The notes under the pieces: model-generated | Seen by the model: the letters and a program-made list of their open reading frames with translations, nothing else | Told to the model about the DNA's origin: nothing | Databases searched by the model: none | Translations under genes and position numbers: made by a program | Shown here: positions 19,348 through 27,711 of the stretch, in pieces | How positions within the stretch are numbered: the first letter of the stretch is position 1 | How the letters are laid out: each line of letters begins with the position of its first letter | DNA from: Desulfobacterales bacterium | GTDB taxonomy: Bacteria > Desulfobacterota > Desulfobacteria > Desulfobacterales > G963662235 | DNA length: 64,000 nucleotides | Direction of reading: 5' to 3' | Assembly (NCBI GenBank): GCA_963662235.1 | Contig: OY759308.1 | Location: 1,004,861 to 1,068,860 of the forward strand

Positions 19348-19442
19348 TATTTCGGAGCATCTTTAAAAGATTTAGGAAAAAATGGTTTGGGTTTAATAAG
19401 TTTGAAATTGATGCTATAAAAATCTTAAACAAACTATTTTAA
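19348..19442 (+). pseudogene. 3' fragment of an ORF6N-family gene with a 1-bp deletion
   Basis: Encodes FGASLKDLG(fs)WFGFNKFEIDAIKILNKLF*, homologous to the end of 20556-21422. Confidence 0.85.
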
Positions 19443-19558
19443 AATCGAACAAAACACTTTTAATCCACTTTAATTGTCAAAAAAACTAAATAAGACAACA
19501 ATTGACTATTTAGGTTTAAACTAATAATAAAAACAAATATTTATTTAGAAAGGTTTGA

Positions 19559-19774
19559 ATGTTTATGAAAGTAAAAACAATATCATCAAATCAGAACGAT
19601 ATTTCAAATTTATATAATAGTTTTATTTGTGAAAAAAATGAACTTGAATCCACTCTTGCCACAATAGAAATATTATCAGATAAAAATGCTGTTAGTGAAA
19701 TTCAAGAGGGATTAAATGAGATACAAGATGGCAAAACAAAAAAAATGTCTTTTGATGAGATTGAAAATTTATAA
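19559..19774 (+). CDS. Putative antitoxin partner of a RelE-like toxin
   Basis: ESTLATIEILSDK...EGLNEIQDGKTKKMSFDEI tail typical of RelB/Phd-type antitoxins; directly upstream of a relE-like gene. Confidence 0.72.
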   Translation: MFMKVKTISSNQNDISNLYNSFICEKNELESTLATIEILSDKNAVSEIQEGLNEIQDGKTKKMSFDEIENL

Positions 19775-19776
19775 GA

Positions 19777-20034
19777 ATGAGGTAAGCAGAGTTTTCAAAT
19801 AAATTTTTAAAAAATTTATCTAAAACAGATGAGAAATTAAAAGAAGAAATCAAAAAAAGAATAAGGCAAATCTTAATAAATCCCCATTCTGGAATCCCTC
19901 TCAAAAAACCCCTTAAGCCACTTTTTAAGTTAAGGTATTCAAATTATAGAATTATTTATTATTTTGATGATAAATTTGTTTATTTTGTTGCCTTCAACCA
20001 TAGAAAAAAAGTTTATAAAAATTTAAATTCATAA
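19777..20034 (+). pseudogene. RelE/ParE-family toxin with a nonsense codon at position 3 (not in ORF track)
   Basis: ATG AGG TAA, then open frame AEFSNKFLKNLSK..NPHSGIPLKKPLKPLFKLRYSNYRIIYY..FNHRKKVYKNLNS*. Confidence 0.88.
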
Positions 20035-20046
20035 AATTTTTGAAGT

Positions 20047-20080
20047 AAAACTCTTGACTTCGTCAATTTGTTTTTGGTTT
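20047..20080. repeat. Intergenic repeat copy 1 with TTGAC-NNN-GTCAA hairpin
   Basis: 30/34 identical to 21433-21466; overlaps a 13-bp perfect stem at 20070-20113. Confidence 0.8.
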
Positions 20081-20154
20081 TTTTAGTTTTATCAAACCAC
20101 AAAAACCAAAAACCTTATAAAAAATTAAATTCAAATCAAATAAAAATTAAGAAA

Positions 20155-20352
20155 ATGAAAACTATAACAATTAAAAAAGATGAATACGATCTGTTTTTAA
20201 ATTTTAAAAATCATTTTGAAAAAAGTTTGAATGTTTTTTCAAAGAAAACTGAAAATAAAAATTTTAATCCCAAAGAATTTTTTGGATTAGCAAAATATAC
20301 AAAAGATGAGATTGATAAAGATTTAGAAAAAACCAAAAAAGAATGGGAATGA
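20155..20352 (+). CDS. Putative VapB-like antitoxin
   Basis: 65 aa ending EFFGLAK..EIDKDLEKTKKEWE; ATGA overlap with a PIN-domain start. Confidence 0.72.
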   Translation: MKTITIKKDEYDLFLNFKNHFEKSLNVFSKKTENKNFNPKEFFGLAKYTKDEIDKDLEKTKKEWE

Positions 20353-20528
20353 ACTATTTAATAGATACAAATATTTTGATTTATTATTTTAATGGACTGA
20401 TTAATGATGATGGATTATTTGGTAGTTGTGATTTTTACTTACATAATAGAACTTGGCTTTATGCAGGATATGATGATTTTACAAAACCAAAAACTAATAT
20501 AAATGTTGAAGGGGAAACAAAGATATAA
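20349..20528 (+). pseudogene. Truncated VapC/PIN toxin fused to unrelated sequence
   Basis: MNYLIDTNILIYYF PIN N-terminal motif, but only 59 aa and no later PIN motifs. Confidence 0.8.
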
Positions 20529-20555
20529 AAAATCAAAAAGATAGGTGTTTTTAAG

Positions 20556-21422
20556 ATGAAAGATTTAGTTTTGAAAAACCAAAATATTAAAGACAAAATT
20601 TTTACCATTAGAGGTGCTCAAGTTATGCTTGATCGTGATTTAGCTGAACTTTATGGGGTTGAGACAAAAGTCTTAAATCAGGCAGTTAAAAGAAATATTA
20701 AAAGATTTCCTGAAAAATTTCGTTTTCAGTTAAATGATATAGAAAAAAATAAACTGGTCACAATTTGTGACCGGTTCGCTAAAATCAAACATTCATCAGT
20801 TAATCCTTATGCTTTTACTGAACAGGGAGTTGCAATGCTTTCGGGTTTATTGAATAGTGATATTGCTATAGAAATAAGCATAAAAATAATGGATGCTTTT
20901 GTTTCAATGAGAAAATTTATTTCTCAAAATGCCGAAATTTTTAATAGGTTTGAAAGAATTGAACACAAACAAATCCAGTATGACAAAAATTTTGATAAAC
21001 TTTTTAAAGCATTAGAAGACAAATCAATAAAACCAAAACAAGGGATTTTTTTTGATGGGCAGATTTTTGATGCTTATAAGTTTGTAAATGACTTAATCAA
21101 AACTGCTAAGAAAGAAATCGTACTAATAGACAACTATATTGACGAAAACACTCTTTTACTTTTTTCTAAGACCAAGAAAATTAAAGTTACAATTTTTACA
21201 AAAGAGATTTCTAAAAAACTTAAACTTGATTTAGAAAAATACAACTCTCAATACTCTCCAATTGAAATTAAAACATTCAAAAATTCTCACGATAGATTTT
21301 TAATAATTGATAACAAACAAATCTATCACTTTGGAGCAAGTCTAAAAGATCTCGGCAAAAAATGGTTTGCCTTTAACAAGTTCAAAATTGATGCTGTTAA
21401 AATCTTAAACAAACTATTTTGA
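20556..21422 (+). CDS. ORF6N (KilA-N-like) DNA-binding domain protein
   Basis: IRGAQVMLDRDLAELYGVETKVLNQAVKRN, PYAFTEQGVAMLS; C-terminal IDNY / HDRFLIID / GASLKDLGKK domain. Confidence 0.93.
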   Translation: MKDLVLKNQNIKDKIFTIRGAQVMLDRDLAELYGVETKVLNQAVKRNIKRFPEKFRFQLNDIEKNKLVTICDRFAKIKHSSVNPYAFTEQGVAMLSGLLNSDIAIEISIKIMDAFVSMRKFISQNAEIFNRFERIEHKQIQYDKNFDKLFKALEDKSIKPKQGIFFDGQIFDAYKFVNDLIKTAKKEIVLIDNYIDENTLLLFSKTKKIKVTIFTKEISKKLKLDLEKYNSQYSPIEIKTFKNSHDRFLIIDNKQIYHFGASLKDLGKKWFAFNKFKIDAVKILNKLF

Positions 21423-21432
21423 AAATCCAATC

Positions 21433-21466
21433 AAAACTCTTGACCTCGTCAAGTTATTTGTGGTTT
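21433..21466. repeat. Intergenic repeat copy 2
   Basis: 30/34 identical to 20047-20080. Confidence 0.8.
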
Positions 21467-21559
21467 CTTAAAATTTCATTAAACTCCAAGTTTGTTACTC
21501 CTTAAAGTAGTGACAAAACAAAATCTTTATAAAGAAAAAGATATTAGTAAAGTTATAAA

Positions 21560-22384
21560 ATGGAAAAATTAACTGAAAAAATAAAAAAAGGAATAGCAAC
21601 GGGAATGGCACTTGGAACTATGTTTTTATATAGTTGTGGAAGTAGTGGAAGTTCTACTCCTCCTGTTGATCCTCCTACTGAATATTTAAAAGCAAGTGAA
21701 ATAACTGAAAAAATAAAAGGAAAAGGTTATTCATTAAAAACAACAGAAAATATAAATATTGGTGGGACTGCTTATCAAGTTAATATCTTTGATTTTAACG
21801 ATCAAGGTTCAACTACTGACAACAATAAGATTAGGTTTGGTGTTTTAACAAGTGATAGTTTAGAAGCAACTATAGAAGATAGTTACAATAACAATCCTAA
21901 ACAAACTAATAGTTCTACTCAAAATATAGCATATCTTTTAAACTCATCTGATAATTTTACTGGTGATAGTTTAACTTCAAAATTAAACGATTTAGAAAGT
22001 GGAAATTATAAGGCAATTTTAGGGGACGATTTTAATGTCTATTTTTATGGGAACACTGGACTTATAAGGGAAGATAGAACAGATTTAGGAGCAAGAAACT
22101 ATTCAAGTAGAATTCTAACTCAACACAAAAACCCAACTTCAATTTCAAGTGTTAAAATCGGAGATAGTGGAGCAACTTTAGATTTAACAAAATCTGGAAA
22201 CACCTATACTATTACAACAAGTAAAGATTTATCAGGAATTTCTAATGCTTCTTACGATTTAAAAGTTGATAACAGAAATAGTGGGAATTTATGGAAAGGA
22301 ACAAAAACTGATAAATCAGTTTGTCCTACTACAAGAAAAGCAAGTGAAGGAGCACCTGGAAATTTTGATGGTTGTACTTTGTAA
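21560..22384 (+). CDS. Orphan secreted lipoprotein-like protein
   Basis: Basic N-terminus, hydrophobic core, LYSC lipobox, Ser/Gly/Pro linker, Thr/Ser/Asn-rich body. Confidence 0.8.
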   Translation: MEKLTEKIKKGIATGMALGTMFLYSCGSSGSSTPPVDPPTEYLKASEITEKIKGKGYSLKTTENINIGGTAYQVNIFDFNDQGSTTDNNKIRFGVLTSDSLEATIEDSYNNNPKQTNSSTQNIAYLLNSSDNFTGDSLTSKLNDLESGNYKAILGDDFNVYFYGNTGLIREDRTDLGARNYSSRILTQHKNPTSISSVKIGDSGATLDLTKSGNTYTITTSKDLSGISNASYDLKVDNRNSGNLWKGTKTDKSVCPTTRKASEGAPGNFDGCTL

Positions 22385-22394
22385 ATAAAATATT

Positions 22395-22423
22395 GTTTTT
22401 TCAAACTTTCAGTTTGAAAAAAC
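22395..22423. terminator. Hairpin after the lipoprotein gene
   Basis: GTTTTTTCAAACT-TTC-AGTTTGAAAAAAC, 13-bp perfect stem. Confidence 0.55.
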
Positions 22424-22504
22424 TAAAAATTAAATCTTACCTAATTTTTTAATCACTTCTTAAAAATACCAATCTTTTTTAAAACTTAAAAATTTAATTA
22501 GAAT

Positions 22505-23146
22505 ATGAGATTTGTAAAATTTTTAAATTTTTTTATGTTTATACTTTTTAGTATAAATTTTGGTTTTTGTGGTTCAATTCTTTATGATAAAATTGATGAT
22601 TATTCAGATTATATTTTCTATGATGAAGATAATTCAGATTTTGCTGTTTATATGAGAAATGTTGAAGATAATTATATTTCTTTTCAAGGTTATGGAAAAG
22701 GAACAAAAAAATATTTTCCATTTTCTTCTTTTACTTCTTGTTCTGTTGATAATAGTGGAGGCAAATTAACTGCTCCATTTTTATCAAATGATAATGTTAT
22801 AAAAGTGAAAGAAAAAATCATTAATGATGAAAGTATTGGTACAAAACTTAAACAAAAAATTTTAGAAAATAATCTTTGGATGAAAGTTCAAATATATTAT
22901 GAAACTGAAGATGAAGAAGGACATTCCCAAAGTTACTCAAAAGACTTTTCTTTAATTAATGATAGTGGATTAACAAAAAATAATATTTTAGAAAATAAAA
23001 GCTATATAAGAAAAATACTTATAGAAGATATGGAAAAAACGATGAAAAATGATATGGGCGTATATCAATACGCCCCTACAGTTACAAATAATTTCATTTC
23101 GTTTATCTTGGGAATGATAATCAAATTAGAAAGTTTAGGGGGTTAA
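22505..23146 (+). CDS. Orphan exported protein, probably truncated near 23028 and running into REP DNA
   Basis: Signal-peptide-like N-terminus; from about 23029 the sequence duplicates non-coding REP DNA at 23337-23388. Confidence 0.6.
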   Translation: MRFVKFLNFFMFILFSINFGFCGSILYDKIDDYSDYIFYDEDNSDFAVYMRNVEDNYISFQGYGKGTKKYFPFSSFTSCSVDNSGGKLTAPFLSNDNVIKVKEKIINDESIGTKLKQKILENNLWMKVQIYYETEDEEGHSQSYSKDFSLINDSGLTKNNILENKSYIRKILIEDMEKTMKNDMGVYQYAPTVTNNFISFILGMIIKLESLGG

Positions 23147-23388
23147 CTATAAAAACTATTCAAGGCGTCTTTTAGTTTGATGAACTCTTGATATGTAAAA
23201 GATTTTTGCAAATAATCAATCTCGTACACAAGGGCGGGGCGACCCCGCCCCTACGGTTATGATTTTGTTATAAACGTTAAAAAAATTCGTGAAAAATTTA
23301 ATAGAAACGATGTAGGGGCACGGCGTGCCGTGCCCGTATGAAAAAAACGATGGGAAATGATATGGGCGTATATCAATTACGCCTCTAC
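23056..23388. repeat. Cluster of four GTAG-type REP palindromes
   Basis: GGGCGTAT-ATCA-ATACGCCC-CTAC (23056-23079), GGGCGGGG-CGA-CCCCGCCC-CTAC (23232-23254), GTAG-GGGCACGGC-GT-GCCGTGCCC (23312-23335), GGGCGTA-N7-TACGCCT-CTAC (23364-23388). Confidence 0.85.
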
Positions 23389-23483
23389 GGGAAAAAACAA
23401 ATCATACAGGAACTATAGAAAATTTTACATGCACGTAAAATTACAAATAATTTCATTTAAGGACGAAATAGTGGATTAAACAA

Positions 23484-24404
23484 TTAATTTAAAATATATT
23501 TTTGGGGATTGATATTAAGACCGTTTTTTATTACTTCATAATGAAGATGTGGACCTGTGGTGCGACCTGTATTTCCCATTGTCGCAATTTGTTCGTTTCT
23601 TTTTACAAAGTCGCCTTTTTTAACTTGGATTTTGTTAAGATGGGCATATACGGTTACAAAACCTCTGCCATGGTCTACTTTAATTAGCTTGCCATAGTTT
23701 GTTTTTGTACCAACAAAAGTTATAATACCGTCTCCTGTCGCCTTAACAGGTGTACCTATTTTATTGGCAATATCTAAACCTTTATGGAAATCTTTTTTGC
23801 CTGTAAAAGGGGAGACTCTGTATCCAAAATTAGATGTTAACCAACCTCGAGTAGGCTTTATGGCTGGTGTTTTAGACAAAATGCTCTTTTTGTTTTTAAT
23901 CTCTTTTAAAAGCTCTTTAAAACTGTTTTCTTGTAAAGAGATTAACTCTTCAAGTTGTTTATTATTTTCGTAACTTTTTCTTATTAGAGCAAAGTGATTT
24001 TTATTGATGTTTGCATCTATCTCTATATCGTCCAAACTGGAAAAGCCACCTATACCTACGAACACATCATTTTCTTCTATGTTTGAAGATATATTCGCTG
24101 CAATTCTTATTTTTTTATCAAAATCGTTTAATTTTTTTAGTTTGCTGTTTAGCTTGTTTAAATTGTCTGCAAAAAGCTGTATATATTTTTTTTGCATAGC
24201 TATCTCTTCTTTTTGTCTATTTAACTTATTTAAGTTGGTAAGAGAGTTGGTTTGAAAGAAATTGTATGCGACAATTAAAAAAGAGAAGAAACAGACACAA
24301 AAAAAAGAGAAGAGTCCCACTAACAAAAGTTTTGAAACTTCTTTCTGTTTTACGAATCCGCCTTTGTTTTCTAATATACAAATTGTATATTTTTTGTTTA
24401 ACAT
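23484..24404 (-). CDS. M23 family metallopeptidase
   Basis: HKGLD, YAHL and TTGPHLHYE motifs, N-terminal TM segment and coiled coil. Confidence 0.93.
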   Translation of the reverse strand: MLNKKYTICILENKGGFVKQKEVSKLLLVGLFSFFCVCFFSFLIVAYNFFQTNSLTNLNKLNRQKEEIAMQKKYIQLFADNLNKLNSKLKKLNDFDKKIRIAANISSNIEENDVFVGIGGFSSLDDIEIDANINKNHFALIRKSYENNKQLEELISLQENSFKELLKEIKNKKSILSKTPAIKPTRGWLTSNFGYRVSPFTGKKDFHKGLDIANKIGTPVKATGDGIITFVGTKTNYGKLIKVDHGRGFVTVYAHLNKIQVKKGDFVKRNEQIATMGNTGRTTGPHLHYEVIKNGLNINPQKYILN

Positions 24405-24612
24405 TCTATTAAAATCTTTGGATAAAGTTTAAGTTATTAAAAAATTTAAAAAAGTAACCATTTTTATAAAAAAAACTCTAATACATAAACCATTCCAAAA
24501 CACGATGTCAAAGAGAAAATTTTTGTCAGGATAATTTTATTTGCTTTATTATATTGTTTTATTTATGTCACTTTACTTTTAGCTGTAACTCTGATGAGAG
24601 TTTTGCTTTTCT

Positions 24613-24685
24613 AAGACCTTTGCATATAATATTTTTACAAAAAACCACTATTTTTTTCATAAAAAACATTATGTGCAAAAGTCTC
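24613..24685. mobile_element. MITE, 73-bp minimal copy
   Basis: AAGACCTTTGCATATA / TATGTGCAAAAGTCTC; closely similar to 13209-13285. Confidence 0.85.
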
Positions 24686-24720
24686 GTATTTAAAATCTCT
24701 TAAAAACATTTTACATAGTT

Positions 24721-26187
24721 ATGAACATTAGTAATTTAGAACAAACAAAATTAGATAAAATAGAAAAAATTAAAGAAGCAGGTTTCAAGCTTTTCCCTAA
24801 CACCTTTGAAGTCAACTCAAATATACAAAAAATTAAAAGTGGAATAGAAGAAGACGAAAGTTTTTTTACTAAAGAAGATACCGTTTTAAAAATTGCTGGT
24901 AGGATTATGGCAGTTAATAAATTTGGTAAGGCATCTTTTATAAGAATTAGTGACAGAACGGGTAAACTTCAAGTCTATTTGTCTAAAAAAGATGTTGGAG
25001 AAGACAAATATAATCTTTTTAAATATATGGATATTGGAGATTTTATAGGTGTTAGCGGGTTTATGTTCCAAACTCGAACTAAAGAGTGGACACTTTTTGC
25101 AAAAGATATAGAGCTTGTCACAAAAAGTAAAAAATCTTTGCCAGAAAAATTTCATGGCTTAAAAAACACAGAAAAAAGATATAGAAAAAGATATTTAGAC
25201 CTTATTGTTAACGATAATGTTAAAGATATTTTTATTAAAAGAAGTAAAATTATTCAAAATATAAGAGATTTTTTAATCAAAAAAGAGTTTATAGAGCTTG
25301 AAACTCCTATGATGCATAAAGTTGCAGGTGGGGCAGAAGCAGAACCTTTTATTACACACCACAATGCTCTTGATATGGAGTTTTTTTTAAGAATTGCTCC
25401 AGAGTTATATTTGAAACGACTTGTAGTGGGTGGGTTTGAAAGAGTTTTTGAAATTAATAGAAATTTTAGGAATGAGGGCGTCTCTACAAAACATAACCCT
25501 GAGTTTACAATGGTTGAATTTTATATGGCTTATAAAAATTATGAGCATTTAATGAATTTAACAGAAGAACTTTTTAATGAAATAGCAATCAACGTTACAG
25601 GCGGAACTGAGATTGTTTATCAAGATAAGAAAATAGATTTTGGTAAAAAATGGAAACGAATTAAGCTTTTAGACTCTCTTGTGGAAATTGGGGGCGTTGA
25701 TCCAGTGCTTTTTGAAAGCAAAGAGAAGTTATACGATTTTGCCAAAAATATTAATATTGAAGTTTTTAAAAAGGACACTAAAGGCAAGCTTATCACTAAG
25801 CTTTTTGATGCTTTAGTAGAGCCTAATCTTATACAACCTACTTTTATTACACACTATCCTGTAGAGGTTTCTCCTCTTTCAAGAAAAAATGATATTGATG
25901 AAACGGTAACTGATAGATTTGAACTTTTTATTGATGGAAAAGAGATAGCCAATGGTTTTTCAGAGATAAATGACCCTGATGACCAAAAGGATAGATTTTT
26001 GGAGCAATTGAAACAGAAAGAGCAGGGCGATAAAGAAGCACATAGTATGGATGAAGATTATATTGAAGCTCTTAGTTATGGTATGCCCCCTACAGCAGGA
26101 GAAGGTATAGGTATAGATAGAGTTGCAATGCTTTTTACAGACTCTCCATCTATTAGAGAAGTTATTTTGTTTCCACTTATGAAGTAA
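24721..26187 (+). CDS. lysS: Lysine--tRNA ligase (class II)
   Basis: LPEKFHGL, LRIAPELYLKRL, FRNEG..HNPEFT, YGMPPTAGEGIGIDR. Confidence 0.98.
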   Translation: MNISNLEQTKLDKIEKIKEAGFKLFPNTFEVNSNIQKIKSGIEEDESFFTKEDTVLKIAGRIMAVNKFGKASFIRISDRTGKLQVYLSKKDVGEDKYNLFKYMDIGDFIGVSGFMFQTRTKEWTLFAKDIELVTKSKKSLPEKFHGLKNTEKRYRKRYLDLIVNDNVKDIFIKRSKIIQNIRDFLIKKEFIELETPMMHKVAGGAEAEPFITHHNALDMEFFLRIAPELYLKRLVVGGFERVFEINRNFRNEGVSTKHNPEFTMVEFYMAYKNYEHLMNLTEELFNEIAINVTGGTEIVYQDKKIDFGKKWKRIKLLDSLVEIGGVDPVLFESKEKLYDFAKNINIEVFKKDTKGKLITKLFDALVEPNLIQPTFITHYPVEVSPLSRKNDIDETVTDRFELFIDGKEIANGFSEINDPDDQKDRFLEQLKQKEQGDKEAHSMDEDYIEALSYGMPPTAGEGIGIDRVAMLFTDSPSIREVILFPLMK

Positions 26188-26188
26188 G

Positions 26189-26370
26189 AAGAACTTTGAA
26201 TAATTAGTTTTTAAGTTTTTTGGTATTAATAAATGTTTAACGTTTGTTAATTTATCTAAAAGAATAAAAAATCAAACCGCTTTCTTTTGTCCGTTTTTTG
26301 GGCTTGACGTATAAGAATACTACTGCACCACAAAAAACGAACAAAATAGAAGCGATTATTCAAAGTTCTT
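26189..26370. mobile_element. Sister MITE with variant TIR and the same internal hairpin
   Basis: Perfect 16-bp IR AAGAACTTTGAATAAT / ATTATTCAAAGTTCTT; core GGGCTTGACGTAT-N4-ATACTACTGCACCAC. Confidence 0.85.
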
Positions 26371-26481
26371 ATGGTGTTTGTAATATTTTTATTTTTTATG
26401 AACTTTTTAGGCAGTATGTTTTTTATCAGAAAATTTGGTAATTTGGCGAAAATTTTATTATTAATTGTTAAAATATAATTT

Positions 26482-27711
26482 ATGTCTTTTGAATTTTTTA
26501 TAGCCACGCGATATCTAAAATCAAAAAAAAAACATTTTTTTGTATCTCTTGTATCCCTCCTTTCCATTCTTGGAGTTATTGTAGGTGTTATGGCATTAGT
26601 TATCGTTATTGCCGTTATGTCAGGGGTTGAAGAAAGTTTCAGAGCAAGACTTTTAGGACTTGAACCAAATATTATGGTTTTGAAATATGGTAAAGGTTTT
26701 GGAAACCATATTGAAGTGCAAAAAGAGATAACAAAAAGTTTCAAAGATGATATAAAAAACATAACTCCTTTTATCTATTCACAAGTTATGATTAAATCTT
26801 CAAATGGCACTTCTGGAGCTTTTTTAAGAGGTATAAACCCAGACGCTAAAATTTCTGTTGTAGAAGGTTTTTCAAGAGAGGAACTTTTAAAAGCGATTCC
26901 GAAACGAGACGATAAAAATTTTAAAAGTAAAATGATAATAGGTAAAGGTATTGCTGATGAACTTGACCTTAAAGTAGGAGACTCTGTTTATATTATTACT
27001 TCGCAAGGTATGATGTCGCCATTTGGTAACTTTCCTTCAATGTATAGATTTGAAGTTAGTGGAATATTTAAATCAGGGTTTAGTGAATACGATAAAGCTC
27101 TTTTGTATGTTAATATTGATGATGCTGCAAGAATTCTTAAAATGAAAAATTATGTTACTGGTATTGGTATTTGGCTTAAAGATATTTATAAGGCTGGTAG
27201 TATATCTGTCAAAATTTCAGAAAAGTATCCTTTCCCGTATAGGCTAAGAACTTGGCAGGAGATGAACCATAGTCTTTTTTCCGCTTTAAAGCTTGAAAAA
27301 ACAGCTATGTTTATAATTTTAATACTTATTATTTTTGTGGCAGCTTTTAATATTGCAAGCTCTTTAATTATGATGGTTATGGAAAAAACAAAAGATATCG
27401 CTATATTAAAGGCTATGGGTGCAACTGATAAATTAATTAGAAAAATTTTTATAATAAATGGGCTTGCAATAGGTACAATAGGTACGTTTATAGGCTTAAT
27501 GTCTGGTTTGTCTATATGTTTTTTACTTCAAAAATATAAATTTATAGAATTACCAGATGCTTATCCTTTTAGCACTATACCTGTTAATCTTAATCCTTAC
27601 GATATTTTAATTATTGCGGTGTCTACAATTATAATATGCTTTGTAGCTTCCGTTTACCCTGCTATAAAAGCCTCAAAATTAAACCCAGTAGAAGCACTTA
27701 GATATGGTTAA
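26482..27711 (+). CDS. Lipoprotein-releasing ABC transporter permease (LolC/E/F type)
   Basis: IATRYL, AVMSG, VAAFNI..LIMMVMEK..IAILKAMGA, PVEALRY. Confidence 0.93.
   Translation: MSFEFFIATRYLKSKKKHFFVSLVSLLSILGVIVGVMALVIVIAVMSGVEESFRARLLGLEPNIMVLKYGKGFGNHIEVQKEITKSFKDDIKNITPFIYSQVMIKSSNGTSGAFLRGINPDAKISVVEGFSREELLKAIPKRDDKNFKSKMIIGKGIADELDLKVGDSVYIITSQGMMSPFGNFPSMYRFEVSGIFKSGFSEYDKALLYVNIDDAARILKMKNYVTGIGIWLKDIYKAGSISVKISEKYPFPYRLRTWQEMNHSLFSALKLEKTAMFIILILIIFVAAFNIASSLIMMVMEKTKDIAILKAMGATDKLIRKIFIINGLAIGTIGTFIGLMSGLSICFLLQKYKFIELPDAYPFSTIPVNLNPYDILIIAVSTIIICFVASVYPAIKASKLNPVEALRYG

Noticed and set aside
19783-19785. Possible stop-codon reassignment or readthrough in relE
   Set aside because: TAA and TGA both end neighbouring island genes normally; a point nonsense mutation is simpler
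19692-19904. 70-aa ORF on -
   Set aside because: Antisense shadow of the antitoxin and relE pseudogene
19440-22500. Canonical integron attC array
   Set aside because: No RYYYAAC...GTTRRRY boxes recognised and no integrase in the window; kept only as a non-canonical hypothesis
26256-26762. 168-aa ORF on -
   Set aside because: Antisense to the lol permease gene and extends into the variant MITE
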